Part shown: positions 51,339 through 61,410 of the stretch, piece after piece | How positions within the stretch are numbered: position 1 is the first letter of the stretch | Layout of the letters: every line of letters starts with the position of its first letter | The notes under the pieces: model-generated | The model's input: only the letters and a program-made list of their open reading frames with translations | Told to the model about the DNA's origin: nothing | The model's database searches: none | Assembly (NCBI GenBank): GCA_041489255.1 | Contig: JBGPQV010000002.1 | Coordinates: 128,001-192,000 of the forward strand | DNA from: Thermoplasmata archaeon | GTDB lineage: Archaea; Thermoplasmatota; Thermoplasmata; RBG-16-68-12; JAFNFQ01 | Length of the DNA: 64,000 nucleotides | Reading direction: 5' to 3' | Made by a program: the position numbers and the translations under genes

Positions 51339-51474
51339 GAGAGACGGCGTTTGTCGGCGTCATCCTGCGACGCGCTCAACGCGGCATCTCCTCCATTGCG
51401 GAATACTGTGCCACCTCGCAAGGTTGAAATAGTAATGGGTTCTTAGGCTCATCTCCAGTGCAGAGGACTCTCTG

Positions 51475-52071
51475 ATGGCCGAGGAAAAAGGGAAGAAGCA
51501 TGCTGAACCAGCCGCTCCTGCGGCTGAAAAGGCACGGCCAAAGCCGGCGAAGCCAAGCGAGCCACACTCGGCCGATTTCAGGTACATCATCCGGATTGCG
51601 GGCGCCGACCTGGACGGCAACAGGTCCGTCGTCTATGCGCTCACGGGCGTGAAGGGCATGGGCGTGCGCCTCGCGGAGATCGTCGCGGACCTCGCCGAGG
51701 TGCCCCGGAACGTCAAGATCGGAGACCTGCCGGAGGCCAAGGTCACCGAGATAGAGCAGGTCCTCCAGAGCCTCCCCGAATACACACCCCACTGGATCCT
51801 CAACCGCCAGAACGACTGGGAGACGGGAGAGGACCACCACGCATTCGGGTCCGACGTCGACCTCAGAATCAGGGACGACATCAACCTGATGAAGAAGATC
51901 AGGTGCTACAAGGGCATCCGTCACGAGCAGGGCCAGAAGGTCCGCGGCCAGAGGACGAGGTCGAACGGCCGGACCGGACTCACAGTCGGTGTCGTCAAGA
52001 AGCAAGCCATCGCAGCCGCCCAGGAAAAGGCGAAGGAAGAGGGCGGCAGGAAGAAGGAGAAGAAGGAGTGA
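51475..52071 (+). CDS. rps13: 30S ribosomal protein S13
   Basis: FRYIIRIAGADLDG, YKGIRH..KVRGQRTRSNGR. Confidence 0.97.
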   Translation: MAEEKGKKHAEPAAPAAEKARPKPAKPSEPHSADFRYIIRIAGADLDGNRSVVYALTGVKGMGVRLAEIVADLAEVPRNVKIGDLPEAKVTEIEQVLQSLPEYTPHWILNRQNDWETGEDHHAFGSDVDLRIRDDINLMKKIRCYKGIRHEQGQKVRGQRTRSNGRTGLTVGVVKKQAIAAAQEKAKEEGGRKKEKKE

Positions 52072-52075
52072 GTGA

Positions 52076-52663
52076 TTGGGCGACCCCAAGTTCTCCAGGA
52101 AGAAGTACGTGAGGCCGTCGAGCCCTTGGGAGGCCGAACGAATCAAGCTGGAGAACGAGCTCCTCAAGAAGTACGGTCTGAAGAACAAGAAGGAGCTGTG
52201 GCGCACGCAGTCTGTCCTGAGGCATTTCAGGCAGAGGGCGAGGATCCTCCAAGCCCTCGTGAGGGCCAGTAACAAACAGGCTGAGAAGGAGAAGGACGAG
52301 CTCATAAGCAAGCTCGGCAAGATGGGGCTGTTGCCTCTCGAAGGCGCTACCTTGGACGATGTCCTGGCACTCGATGTGGAGGCGGTCCTATCCAGGAGGC
52401 TTCAGACTCTCGCATTCGTCAAAGGATTGTCATTCACGCCCCGCCAGGCCAGGCAGTTCATCATCCATGGCCACGTTTCAGTTGGCGGGAGGACCGTCAA
52501 TGTCCCCGGCTACCTTGTGAACAGGGGAGAGGAGCCGACCGTGTCCTATGACGTGCGCTCGCCTATCTCGAGCGACCTGCATCCGGTTAGGCAGGCGCCG
52601 GCGGGAGAGAAGGCCCTCGGCGCGGAGGGTGGAGAAGAGAGCGCAGCTAAGAAGGAGGAGTAG
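52076..52663 (+). CDS. rps4: 30S ribosomal protein S4
   Basis: [36 protein letters not shown]. Confidence 0.97.
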   Translation: MGDPKFSRKKYVRPSSPWEAERIKLENELLKKYGLKNKKELWRTQSVLRHFRQRARILQALVRASNKQAEKEKDELISKLGKMGLLPLEGATLDDVLALDVEAVLSRRLQTLAFVKGLSFTPRQARQFIIHGHVSVGGRTVNVPGYLVNRGEEPTVSYDVRSPISSDLHPVRQAPAGEKALGAEGGEESAAKKEE

Positions 52664-52665
52664 GC

Positions 52666-53049
52666 ATGGGCAAGTGGGGGATCGCGCACGTTTTCGCCTC
52701 GTTCAACAACATCATAATCACTCTCACAGACCTCACCGGTTCCGAGACTATCGCAAAGGCGACCGGCGGAATGGTCGTCAAGGCGGCAAGGGATCAAGCG
52801 TCACCCTACGCGGCGATGAAGGCGGCGGAGAGAGTGGCCGACCTCGCGAAGGAGAAGGGCATCGATTCGATACATGTCAGGGTCAGGGCGCCCGGCGGCA
52901 ATAAGTCGCAGTCACCAGGCCCCGGGGCACAGGCCGCGATAAGGGCCCTTGCCCGAGCTGGCCTCAAGATAGGGCGCATCGAGGATGTCACGCCTGTCCC
53001 GCACGACGGCACGAAGCCGAAGGGAGGGCGCAGGGGGCGCAGAATCTAG
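52666..53049 (+). CDS. rps11: 30S ribosomal protein S11
   Basis: [36 protein letters not shown]. Confidence 0.97.
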   Translation: MGKWGIAHVFASFNNIIITLTDLTGSETIAKATGGMVVKAARDQASPYAAMKAAERVADLAKEKGIDSIHVRVRAPGGNKSQSPGPGAQAAIRALARAGLKIGRIEDVTPVPHDGTKPKGGRRGRRI

Positions 53050-53889
53050 ATGAAGATCAAGGTTCTCGAGTCCAAGCCCACGTACATGAAGTTCATCATC
53101 GAGGAGACCGACCCGGCGACCGCCAACGCGATCAGACGGGCTCTGGTGGCAGACATCCCGAAAATGGCGATCGAGGACGTCGAGTTCCACCTGGGGCCGA
53201 TCAGGGGCGAGGACGGCAAGGAATACGAGAGCATCGCCCCTCTCTTCGACGAGATCATCGCTCATCGCCTCGGGCTGATCCCGCTTCCCACAGACCTGAA
53301 GCTTTTCGTGCGGAAGTCCGAGTGCAAGGCGTGCAACGGCGAGGGCTGTCCCTCTTGCACGATCATCTATTCGCTCAACAAGAAGGGGCCGTGCACGGTC
53401 ACTTCGGGCGACCTGGAGCCTATCGGCGATGTCAAGCTGAAGCCGATCGACCAGAACATCCCGATAGTCAAGCTTGGAGAAGGACAGGCGATGCTCGTCT
53501 ATGCAACCGCCGTCTTGGGCACCGCGAAAGAGCACGCGAAGTGGCAGGTGACGTCGGGAGTCGGATACAAGTACTATCCAGTCGTCGATATCGACAACAG
53601 GAAGATGACCCCGGCGAAGGCGCCGGTGGAGGTCTGCCCGGTCAAGATTCTTCACGTCAGGGACAAGAAGGTCGTCGTCGAGGATGAGGAGAAGTGCACT
53701 CTCTGCATGACCTGCGTGGAGAAGTTCGACCCCGGCAGCATCAATGTGCACGGCGACCCGTCCCGCATGATCTTCCATTTCGAGACTGACGGATCGATGA
53801 GCGCGGGCGAGGCGTTGAACACGGCGCTGGACCTCCTGGACAAGAGGTTCACGGACATAGCGGGAAAGGCGGATGCGCTCGTCATATGA
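53050..53889 (+). CDS. rpo3: DNA-directed RNA polymerase subunit D (Rpo3)
   Basis: ANAIRR, DEIIAHRLGLIP, HAKWQ, ferredoxin-like insert. Confidence 0.95.
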   Translation: MKIKVLESKPTYMKFIIEETDPATANAIRRALVADIPKMAIEDVEFHLGPIRGEDGKEYESIAPLFDEIIAHRLGLIPLPTDLKLFVRKSECKACNGEGCPSCTIIYSLNKKGPCTVTSGDLEPIGDVKLKPIDQNIPIVKLGEGQAMLVYATAVLGTAKEHAKWQVTSGVGYKYYPVVDIDNRKMTPAKAPVEVCPVKILHVRDKKVVVEDEEKCTLCMTCVEKFDPGSINVHGDPSRMIFHFETDGSMSAGEALNTALDLLDKRFTDIAGKADALVI

Positions 53890-53935
53890 GCAATTCTCTA
53901 AGAATGCGCATGATTGCCCTGCCAAGGGAATATGC

Positions 53936-56900
53936 CTAGATTGCTTTTCGCCTGGACTTTCTCCGTCTGGAGCCAAGTCCCAGACCTATGCATAGAACGC
54001 TCATCACAACGATCGTGACATCTCCATATTCTGGAACGTAGAGTATGACAACTCGACCTGCAACAATAGCGCCGCCGGGGAACTTCGGAGCTCCTATTGC
54101 GATGCGATAGTAGTCGTCGTTCGCGAACATGCCACCCGCAAGGCACGTGCCAAGAGCCTCGGTGTCCATGCTCCCGCTCTGAGTCTTTGCGGGAGTTGAA
54201 GAGGTGAGCGGCGCGTCGAACACATAGACTGATCCGCGGGCGCTTCCGCCCGCAGCTGCTGCAGGGGCACCGACCGCCACTGCGGGAGGAGAAGATGCTC
54301 CGAAGAACCTCCCTATCAGGACTGACTCCCCGAACCTTTCGCCGGTGCTCTGGTTATGCAGTTCGGCACTCGGTGTCTGACCTGTCGTTATCCCAGTCGC
54401 GGTGGCCAAATAGAGATAGACCTTTCCGTTGTTGCTGCTACTAAGCCCGTTATATGGTGCCCCAATGGCGACATCTTCGTAGCCATCAGCGTTGCTCAGG
54501 TTTCCCACCGCAACAGACTGGCCAAAGTGTTCTGTCTGCGTCGCCGTCCCAAGCAGGTTCGCGTTGGGCCTATGGAAAACCGGGCCCGTCATATAGCTTC
54601 CTTTGAAATAGCTCGCGCGTCCCTGATAGCTGTTGAACGCTGGCTCGCCCACCACTATGTCATAGCTGTTGTCGTTGTCGATTCTTCCAGAGGCGATTGC
54701 GTACCCGAAATTGCCGGTTACGTTCGTGGGAGGCACCAGGTTGAAGTTGGCATTCGTTACGGAGGACGAGAAGGGGCTGAGGAATACGTATGCAGTACCC
54801 GCCCCGGTATTATTATTGGGAGCGCCAATAATCACATCATCGTACGAACTGCCATCAACATTGCCCACGGCGACGGAGAAACCGAACCTCGAGGCTGGTT
54901 GAGCCGTCGAATGGTTCAGCGTGACATCTGCCTGAGTCAACACCCACGCAGGCCATGTCTGTCTTCCGTAGTACACGCAGCTGGAAATCAAGAACGTGGG
55001 GGAATATCGAGTCACCACGGCATCCCAATATCCATCATTGTTGAGCTTGCCAGCGGCGACAGCTTGGCCTAGTCTGAAACTCTTGTAAAGCCCGGGGATA
55101 TTGACATCGGGTGTCGTTTTATTCGCCGTGAGCGGCCCGAAATATATGTATGCGGCACCACCGGTCGTGGCGTTTTTCCCATTATTGTAGGCTCCCGCAA
55201 GCAAGTCAGCATATCCATCGCCATTGAAATCGCCAACTGCCACCGAGTTGCCCAACCACTCAGAGCCACCGCTGTTGGGCCCGGTGTTCTTAACCGTGTA
55301 GTTGACCCACGGATCCACATAGACCGGGAAGGTTGAACTCAATAGGTAGCTCACCGGAACATCGATCGACAGCGTCGGTCCGGATTTATCCCATGTATAC
55401 GGGACCTCCGTTCTTCTGCCGTTCGAATCCCACACGACGGCCGGAGGGATGGAGAAGCTCTCCGCCTGATCGCGCATGAACGAAATCGGCTTCGACGTCG
55501 TGATTTTCTCCTGCGGACCGCTTCCGTTAAGATAGACCATCAGGCTCGGGTCGACCTTCATCAAGAAGCTGAACCTCATCACGCCGTCTGGGAAGGACAA
55601 CAACGAGTCGATCGGGCTATTGATGACGAATTGCTCCTTCAACGATGTCTCACCGATTTGATAGGTTACATCAGTGTCAATCATGGCATAGGCGCCTTCA
55701 TACCTAGCACTGCCCTCCCCCGAAATCAGGGCCGTGGGCGATAATCCAGAGAGAGCGTAGGTATTCTGACCGTCCACGAGATTGATGCTTTCGGGGAGCG
55801 ACCACTCGAGGTAGTTCGAGTCCGCCACGAATCTGACAGTCTTTCCCGGCGACATCTCATTCGGGAAACTGACGCCGTACAGAGTCTCATAGGTCGTATC
55901 GTCCGCGCTCCTGGTCCTGCTTCTCACCGAGCTGACATCGGTCGTGTCGACGACCCTGCTCCAGCTGCTCGATTCGAATGCGACCTGCATCGAGTTGACT
56001 GTGATGCCGCTCAGGCTGAGGCCGATCTCCATGCGCCTCAGGTCATTCTCCGCGGTTGGAGCCCCTGCTTGCGGCAGCCATCGCCCGCCTGACCATCGGT
56101 AATACGCTCTGTTCGTGATCTTCCCGTTGAAACCCCTGATCTCAACCATGTAGTCTGCGCCGGGCAGACCGAGGACAGGATTCCCCTGGCCGTCCTGGGA
56201 GTCCGAATCGATGTAGACGCGGAATACGTCCTCCCCCCTCTTGGGCATCGGGGGCTGCGGCACTGATGGTGCGCCCTGAGATGGGGCGCTCTGCTGACGG
56301 ATCTGGACCGCCGATGTCCCTGTCATGATCGAGCCGCCCACATCGACATAGTAGAACGCGTCCGTCGAAGTCTTGTTCGAGGCGTACCGGCGGATGTCAA
56401 GGTTGGTCGGCCAGACCGCATTCGGATCGATATTGAAAAAGGTCGGATTCCAATCTGCGAAGACGCCGTCTATGCGCCACCCAGCAGGCACCGCTCCAAC
56501 ATATGCCCTCGCGGATTCGCCGAGTATCGTCACTGGCCTGTCAGCGTCGACCCCTGTGACTTCGAGCGTAAGGAAGTCACCGGCATTCGTGCCCTGCGTA
56601 TCGACCCTGATGTCTCTCGTCACGTTCTGCGAAGGGAATACATCCAGGTTCGTAGGTGAGTCGGATATGACCGTCTTCGGGGATTTCGCGAACTGCATCT
56701 GGTTGATATGGACCGGGCTCCCGACGGCCTCGAATGTGACTGTCAGGAGGGTCTCGACGCCCCCGCCATTCAGCGTCACAGGTCCCCCTTCCTGGTGGAC
56801 CAGCAGAGCGCCGAACGACGCGCCCGACTTCGCGACCGTGGTGGATGTGGTCCCCCTGTTGTCGTCGGAAACGATGTCGACCTCGAACTTGGCGGGGTCG

Positions 56901-58612
56901 AACGTGACTCTCGGCGATGCCAGTCTGCCGGCATCGACCTGGAACTCCAGATTCCTGCCTGATGCCGCGCCGATGACGCTGCCGACCCCCGACCACGCTG
57001 ACCAGTTGTCGTTCCCGCCTGGATTGTTGTCGTTGAAGGCCGAGAACGCCGAGATGTTCACGACGCCGTTCGCGCCACTGACCTCGATCATGAAGTCCGC
57101 GCCGAGATCGTGCAGGCGGTAGCCGGTCGTCTTCGAACCATCGCCGTCGATGAAGGCGTAAAAGGAGTCGAAACTTGTGGTGCCGCCTAGGGCTGTCCCT
57201 TCGACCTGCACCAGGAACGACAGCACATTGTCCTTCAGCATGGTCCTGTAGCCCGTGATGTTGACGTTGTCTGCCGGGACATACTGCGTTTGGCTGTAAC
57301 CCGGAACGCCCGACCAATCTGACGAATCGCCGTCAATGTCGATGCCTCCGATGGGTCCGGCATTTGGGGCCATCGGGACGCTGAATACCGTGACTATGAG
57401 AAGAATCGCCGCGATGGCGGGAATAATGCCCAGTTTCCATCTGCGGTACATCATCTCCCGTCTGAAACGCGAGGACCCCAGACCATTGGTGAAACCATTG
57501 CCGTCTGTCAGGCCGTTGGTCATGCCGCGCCTTGCGGCCTGCAAGCCGTTGACCAGCCCGTTGACGCGTCCTGCCCCGGCGACGCCGTTGACCCGCCCTC
57601 CGGCAGCAAGGCCGTTGACCAAGCCATTGACCCTTCCTTCCGTCGGCCTGAGCGCGGGCGGCCTCGTGACCTTCGGTTCAGTAGTGCGGGGCGCCGCCTG
57701 CCTCGGCGGAACCGTCCCCCTCTCCTCTGCCTTCTCCTTCGCGAGCCTCGCGGCCTCGCGCGCCAGGTCCTTTCCCTTCTCCTCGACGCGGGGCAGCAAT
57801 CGGCCCATGTCCGCCTCGACCCTCCAAATATTCATGGGCGCTTTCATCGCCTCGCGCAGACGGCTCACGTCTTCCTTGAAGCCGGGAACCTTGATGCCGT
57901 CCAGAGTCTCCTTCAGCAGGGCAATCTTCGCGACGTTCTGCTCGAACTGGAAGAACACCGTCCTCGCTTTGTAGGGCTCGTTATCTAGGACATGCTCGAG
58001 GGGGGAGACGTCGAAGCCTTGAGCGGCCCAGGCTTGGATCTTCGCGCGGTACTCCCGCGCCTCAGGCGTCATTTCCTCGGGGGTTTCCTCGACGGCGCCG
58101 AGCGTTTCGAGCTCCTCGAGGACCTCGGAGACTTCCTCAGTCGGCTCCTCCTCTTCCGCATGCGGCAGCTCCTCCTTGGCGGGCTTCTCCACGCCGACTT
58201 CCTTGAGCAATTGCTCGACGCTTTCCGGCCGCCCCATTCTCTTCTTGAACTTCTCATCGACCTGCGGACCGATATGCTCGAGGGCATTGCGGAGGGATTC
58301 GGCGGCCTCTTCGTCCCGTCCGAGTCTCCTGAGCACTTCCGCCCTCGCGTTCCATACGCCAGGATGGGCGTAATTGAGGGCGACCACCCGATCCATGCAA
58401 TCCAATGCCTCGTCGTTCCGCCCCATGTCCATCAGAAGCAGCCCGCGGGCGAACCAGACCCTCTCGTTTTTCGGGTCCTTCTCGAGCAGCTTTCTTTGCT
58501 TCTCGAGGATCGCGTCTTCAGGAGTGGACTCCTTCTCAGAAGTCCTGGAGTATTTCTCGGCGAACTCCTTCGTGAAGCGTTTTTCCTTGGGCTTCTCTTC
58601 CTCCTCAGCCAT
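53936..58612 (-). CDS. Giant membrane protein: cytoplasmic TPR, coiled coil and NG repeats; TM; extracellular domains; FG-GAP propeller; PEF-CTERM-like tail
   Basis: VWFARGLLL and VWNARAEVL TPRs; RVNGLVNG repeats; GDFNGDGYADLLAGA and FGFSVA..IGAP repeats; VPEY-TM-RRRK. Confidence 0.85.
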   Translation of the reverse strand: MAEEEEKPKEKRFTKEFAEKYSRTSEKESTPEDAILEKQRKLLEKDPKNERVWFARGLLLMDMGRNDEALDCMDRVVALNYAHPGVWNARAEVLRRLGRDEEAAESLRNALEHIGPQVDEKFKKRMGRPESVEQLLKEVGVEKPAKEELPHAEEEEPTEEVSEVLEELETLGAVEETPEEMTPEAREYRAKIQAWAAQGFDVSPLEHVLDNEPYKARTVFFQFEQNVAKIALLKETLDGIKVPGFKEDVSRLREAMKAPMNIWRVEADMGRLLPRVEEKGKDLAREAARLAKEKAEERGTVPPRQAAPRTTEPKVTRPPALRPTEGRVNGLVNGLAAGGRVNGVAGAGRVNGLVNGLQAARRGMTNGLTDGNGFTNGLGSSRFRREMMYRRWKLGIIPAIAAILLIVTVFSVPMAPNAGPIGGIDIDGDSSDWSGVPGYSQTQYVPADNVNITGYRTMLKDNVLSFLVQVEGTALGGTTSFDSFYAFIDGDGSKTTGYRLHDLGADFMIEVSGANGVVNISAFSAFNDNNPGGNDNWSAWSGVGSVIGAASGRNLEFQVDAGRLASPRVTFDPAKFEVDIVSDDNRGTTSTTVAKSGASFGALLVHQEGGPVTLNGGGVETLLTVTFEAVGSPVHINQMQFAKSPKTVISDSPTNLDVFPSQNVTRDIRVDTQGTNAGDFLTLEVTGVDADRPVTILGESARAYVGAVPAGWRIDGVFADWNPTFFNIDPNAVWPTNLDIRRYASNKTSTDAFYYVDVGGSIMTGTSAVQIRQQSAPSQGAPSVPQPPMPKRGEDVFRVYIDSDSQDGQGNPVLGLPGADYMVEIRGFNGKITNRAYYRWSGGRWLPQAGAPTAENDLRRMEIGLSLSGITVNSMQVAFESSSWSRVVDTTDVSSVRSRTRSADDTTYETLYGVSFPNEMSPGKTVRFVADSNYLEWSLPESINLVDGQNTYALSGLSPTALISGEGSARYEGAYAMIDTDVTYQIGETSLKEQFVINSPIDSLLSFPDGVMRFSFLMKVDPSLMVYLNGSGPQEKITTSKPISFMRDQAESFSIPPAVVWDSNGRRTEVPYTWDKSGPTLSIDVPVSYLLSSTFPVYVDPWVNYTVKNTGPNSGGSEWLGNSVAVGDFNGDGYADLLAGAYNNGKNATTGGAAYIYFGPLTANKTTPDVNIPGLYKSFRLGQAVAAGKLNNDGYWDAVVTRYSPTFLISSCVYYGRQTWPAWVLTQADVTLNHSTAQPASRFGFSVAVGNVDGSSYDDVIIGAPNNNTGAGTAYVFLSPFSSSVTNANFNLVPPTNVTGNFGYAIASGRIDNDNSYDIVVGEPAFNSYQGRASYFKGSYMTGPVFHRPNANLLGTATQTEHFGQSVAVGNLSNADGYEDVAIGAPYNGLSSSNNGKVYLYLATATGITTGQTPSAELHNQSTGERFGESVLIGRFFGASSPPAVAVGAPAAAAGGSARGSVYVFDAPLTSSTPAKTQSGSMDTEALGTCLAGGMFANDDYYRIAIGAPKFPGGAIVAGRVVILYVPEYGDVTIVVMSVLCIGLGLGSRRRKSRRKAI

Positions 58613-58859
58613 CAGATCGTCTCGCTACGGAAGCCGAGTATCCCTGCGGGGTATATATGGCTTATATGATGTCTGAACAGACATGTGCTGACGACCGCGT
58701 GGCACAGTAGCTCAAACAATTGTCGCGACCGTCACCGGCGGTAACGTCGCGGGAACGCTTGCGTGCGAATGCATATTTCCGGAAATAAGGGTGCCGAGAT
58801 GGCGAATCGCGTGGTTTCGGTGTACAACCCTGCGAATGATTCCTCGGCAGCGAACGGGG

Positions 58860-59078
58860 TCATGCTGCACGCTCCTTTGGTCTTTTCAGGTATGCGGTCC
58901 TCTCCTTGAGACGCAGCTTCCTCGCGGGTGCGTGCGCGGGCGTCTCTGTGTGCTCGAAGTCGAGTGACTCGTGAAGCTTCACCTCGTCGTACCGCCTGAC
59001 CATCTCGTCCAGGCTCTGGAACTCTTTCTTGCCGTCAGGCCGTTCGGTGCGCAGCTCCCGCACAACCGTCCCGAGCAT
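58860..59078 (-). CDS. Small hypothetical protein
   Basis: 72-aa charged ORF with host-like codons; no recognisable motif. Confidence 0.35.
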   Translation of the reverse strand: MLGTVVRELRTERPDGKKEFQSLDEMVRRYDEVKLHESLDFEHTETPAHAPARKLRLKERTAYLKRPKERAA

Positions 59079-59089
59079 CCTTTTAGCCT

Positions 59090-59244
59090 AACCGTTTGCA
59101 TCAGCGAACTGGATGATGGCGGCGGTGGAGAAGAACAGCGAGTCGGCGAAGGTCTTCCAGCGCCTCCGGAGCAAGATCAGGCAGGCGGGGGATCAGACGG
59201 ATGAGAAGCCGCTGCCTGTCCCGGTCCAGGAAGCGACGCAGTAG
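59090..59244 (+). pseudogene. Probable 3' remnant of a gene (43-codon ORF at 59113-59244)
   Basis: MMAAVEKNSESAKVFQRLRSKIRQ... reads like a protein C-terminus and is followed by a strong terminator; no intact 5' part. Confidence 0.45.
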
Positions 59245-59279
59245 TCTCCATTGGCGGTTGCGAAGCCATGTTTCCCTAA

Positions 59280-59317
59280 GCCCCCCGCCAAAGGGGGGCA
59301 TTTTTCTTTTTCCTTTT
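59280..59317 (+). terminator. Hairpin plus oligo-T terminator
   Basis: GCCCCCC-GCCAAA-GGGGGGC followed by ATTTTTCTTTTTCCTTTT. Confidence 0.75.
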
Positions 59318-59379
59318 CATTCGAGGGATTCCTCTGTTGATTCTTTCCCGCCGCGAACAAGACCGGTCCTTCTGCAAGA

Positions 59380-59950
59380 TTGTGGCAGATTCGGAAGAGC
59401 ATCTGCCAGCTCATTGGAATCTGCGTCTCAGCGATCCGCTTCCAGTCTCGGTCGACCCTCGCGGACCTCGAGAACACCCGACCGAATCTCCGTCCGCTCT
59501 GATCCCGTGTCCAAACGGTCCCGACGGATAGCGAGAAGACCCGAACGCACCTCCAGCCGGTCCAATCCCTTATCCAGCCGGTCCAAGGCGAGTCCCAGAA
59601 AGTTGTCTGGAACCGCCAGACAGTCTTCTGACGGCTCCAGACGGTCCGCTGGAACCGCCAGACAGTCCGAAGCGAGTCCCAGACAGTTTTCTGGAAGCGC
59701 CAGAAGGCCTTTACCCCCCTCTGACAGCCCTCCGCGACCGCCAGAAAGTTGTCTGGAAGTCCCAGACAGTCGTCTGGAGGCATCAGACGGTCGTCTGGAG
59801 GTCCCAGAAGGTTGTCTGGCAGGTGATTCGGATCGTCCGGACCCCCATTCGGACCTCTGAAGGCCCAAAATGGTCGTCTAGGAACGCGAGACATCCTTCT
59901 GGAGGTCCCAGAAGGTTGTCTGGAAGCCCCAGAAAGTTGTCTGGAAGTGG
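59380..59950. repeat. Degenerate 21-bp tandem array, about 27 units, core CCAGA-N6-TCTGG
   Basis: CCAG cores at 59553, 59574, 59595, 59616, 59637, 59658, 59679, 59700, 59741, 59762, 59804, 59908 and 59929, with variant cores between. Confidence 0.9.
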
Positions 59951-60389
59951 GTTTTGACTGTTTTCAGGCAGCCATGGAATACGTGGAAGACCGTGCGGGG
60001 CGTCTGGCAAGTACGGCAAATCCTCCGATTGCGTCTTCAAAGAATATAGAGGGACGTGACGGTCATCCAAGAGCTTCTCCATCGGTGTCAAGGCGTTCCG
60101 CTATCCAGCTGGTTCCTGCGTTCTCCATCCACAGGACACATCACATTCGCCTCTGAGGACTTATTTCGGGTCAGAACTTGGTGATCGAGTGCACAGACTT
60201 GAGCCCGTTTTCATCGTGTCTATCATCCGTGCGACCCACCACTGCGCCAACCGAGACATGGGGGGCATTGCGATTTCTCCGATGAGGTAATCACTGTGTT
60301 TGACGTTGTCGCGATTTTGGCGAAGGCTTATGAATCGACATGGCGGTAGGCACGGTCGGTTGAACACCGACGCAACCGGTGCTGTGAGA

Positions 60390-61028
60390 ATGCGGTTTCC
60401 TAAGATATACGCCAAGTGGGGACTCTGGACCATGCTTATCATCTCGCTGATCTGGAATGTTTCGATGGTTCTCGCCCCCATGACCATTCCGCCTGGAACC
60501 GTCAGCGGCTTGTACGGCGGGGCGAACCGCCTGGACTACGGCGACCTGTGGTCGACCTTGCCGCCAGCCCAGGGCACGGTCTACATGCTCGGCGACATCG
60601 AATGCCACCAGATAGCTTCAAGGACGATATATGTCAACGGCAACGAGATGCCCGTCTGCGCGAGGGATGCCTCCCTGTTCCTGTTCCTCAGCTTCGGTTT
60701 CCTGATGGCGGCGGTCGTGAAGCCCGACATCTCCATCAGCAGGATGATCCTCCGATTCCTGCCGGCCAGGATGCGCGGCCGCCTGGAGAAAGGCATGAGG
60801 CCTCTGTTCTTCACGTTGTTTCTTGCATTCATTTGCCTCGCGCCAATCGCCCTGGATGGCGGGCTCCAGCTTGTGACTTCCTACGAGAGCACGAACGCGC
60901 TGAGGTTCATCACGGGCTTTCCCGCGGGCATCTTCTTCGGGCTGATCATCGGACTGATGATCCAGAGCCTGCAGCTGCCGATGGCGTCTAGGAGAGCGCC
61001 AGTTCTAGAAGCGCCGCCGCCGAGCTAG
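60390..61028 (+). CDS. DUF2085 family membrane protein
   Basis: GDIECHQIASRT..NEMPVCARD; DGGLQL..YESTNALRFITG. Confidence 0.85.
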   Translation: MRFPKIYAKWGLWTMLIISLIWNVSMVLAPMTIPPGTVSGLYGGANRLDYGDLWSTLPPAQGTVYMLGDIECHQIASRTIYVNGNEMPVCARDASLFLFLSFGFLMAAVVKPDISISRMILRFLPARMRGRLEKGMRPLFFTLFLAFICLAPIALDGGLQLVTSYESTNALRFITGFPAGIFFGLIIGLMIQSLQLPMASRRAPVLEAPPPS

Positions 61029-61410
61029 AAGACGGATTCGTGGTTCGGGGCTGGCACGCCAGACCTCGGGAGCAAGACTTCCGACTAGTGTTCAGAGCAG
61101 CCGGATTCGACGATTTCGGATTATTGACAATTAGTGTGACGCTGGTCCTCATCTTCGGGCCATGTGGTGCCATTCTGAAAATCCAATCCCATCTATTTCC
61201 GACGGCTGAACAGAGCCAGTCTCACGATCCGCGAGATGGAATCGGTATTGTGGTGGCGGCAGCTCGGTCGTCGCCCTCGGGCAGACCGCCTTCGGCAGTA
61301 GTTATTTATATGCGACATGGCCGTGATATACCGAAACACGCTTTCATCAGCAGTGGAGGCGCGGATGTTTCATGATGCTCAAGGGAGGAGGCTCAACGAG
61401 GGGCGACCAC

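Noticed and set aside
59193-59894. ORFs across the second array on both strands
   Set aside because: Same frame-switching heptads, no convincing RBS, and the + strand ORF runs through a terminator.
59380-59950. CRISPR interpretation of either array
   Set aside because: The period is only 21 bp, units are degenerate, and there are no unique 30-40 bp spacers or cas genes.
59950-60300. Possible gene remnant on the minus strand (PHVSVGAVV, NUDIX-like start)
   Set aside because: Too short and no NUDIX box follows.
61040-61375. 111-aa ORF before the last surface protein
   Set aside because: No motif, atypical codons, and it overlaps the TTTATA promoter box; probably intergenic.
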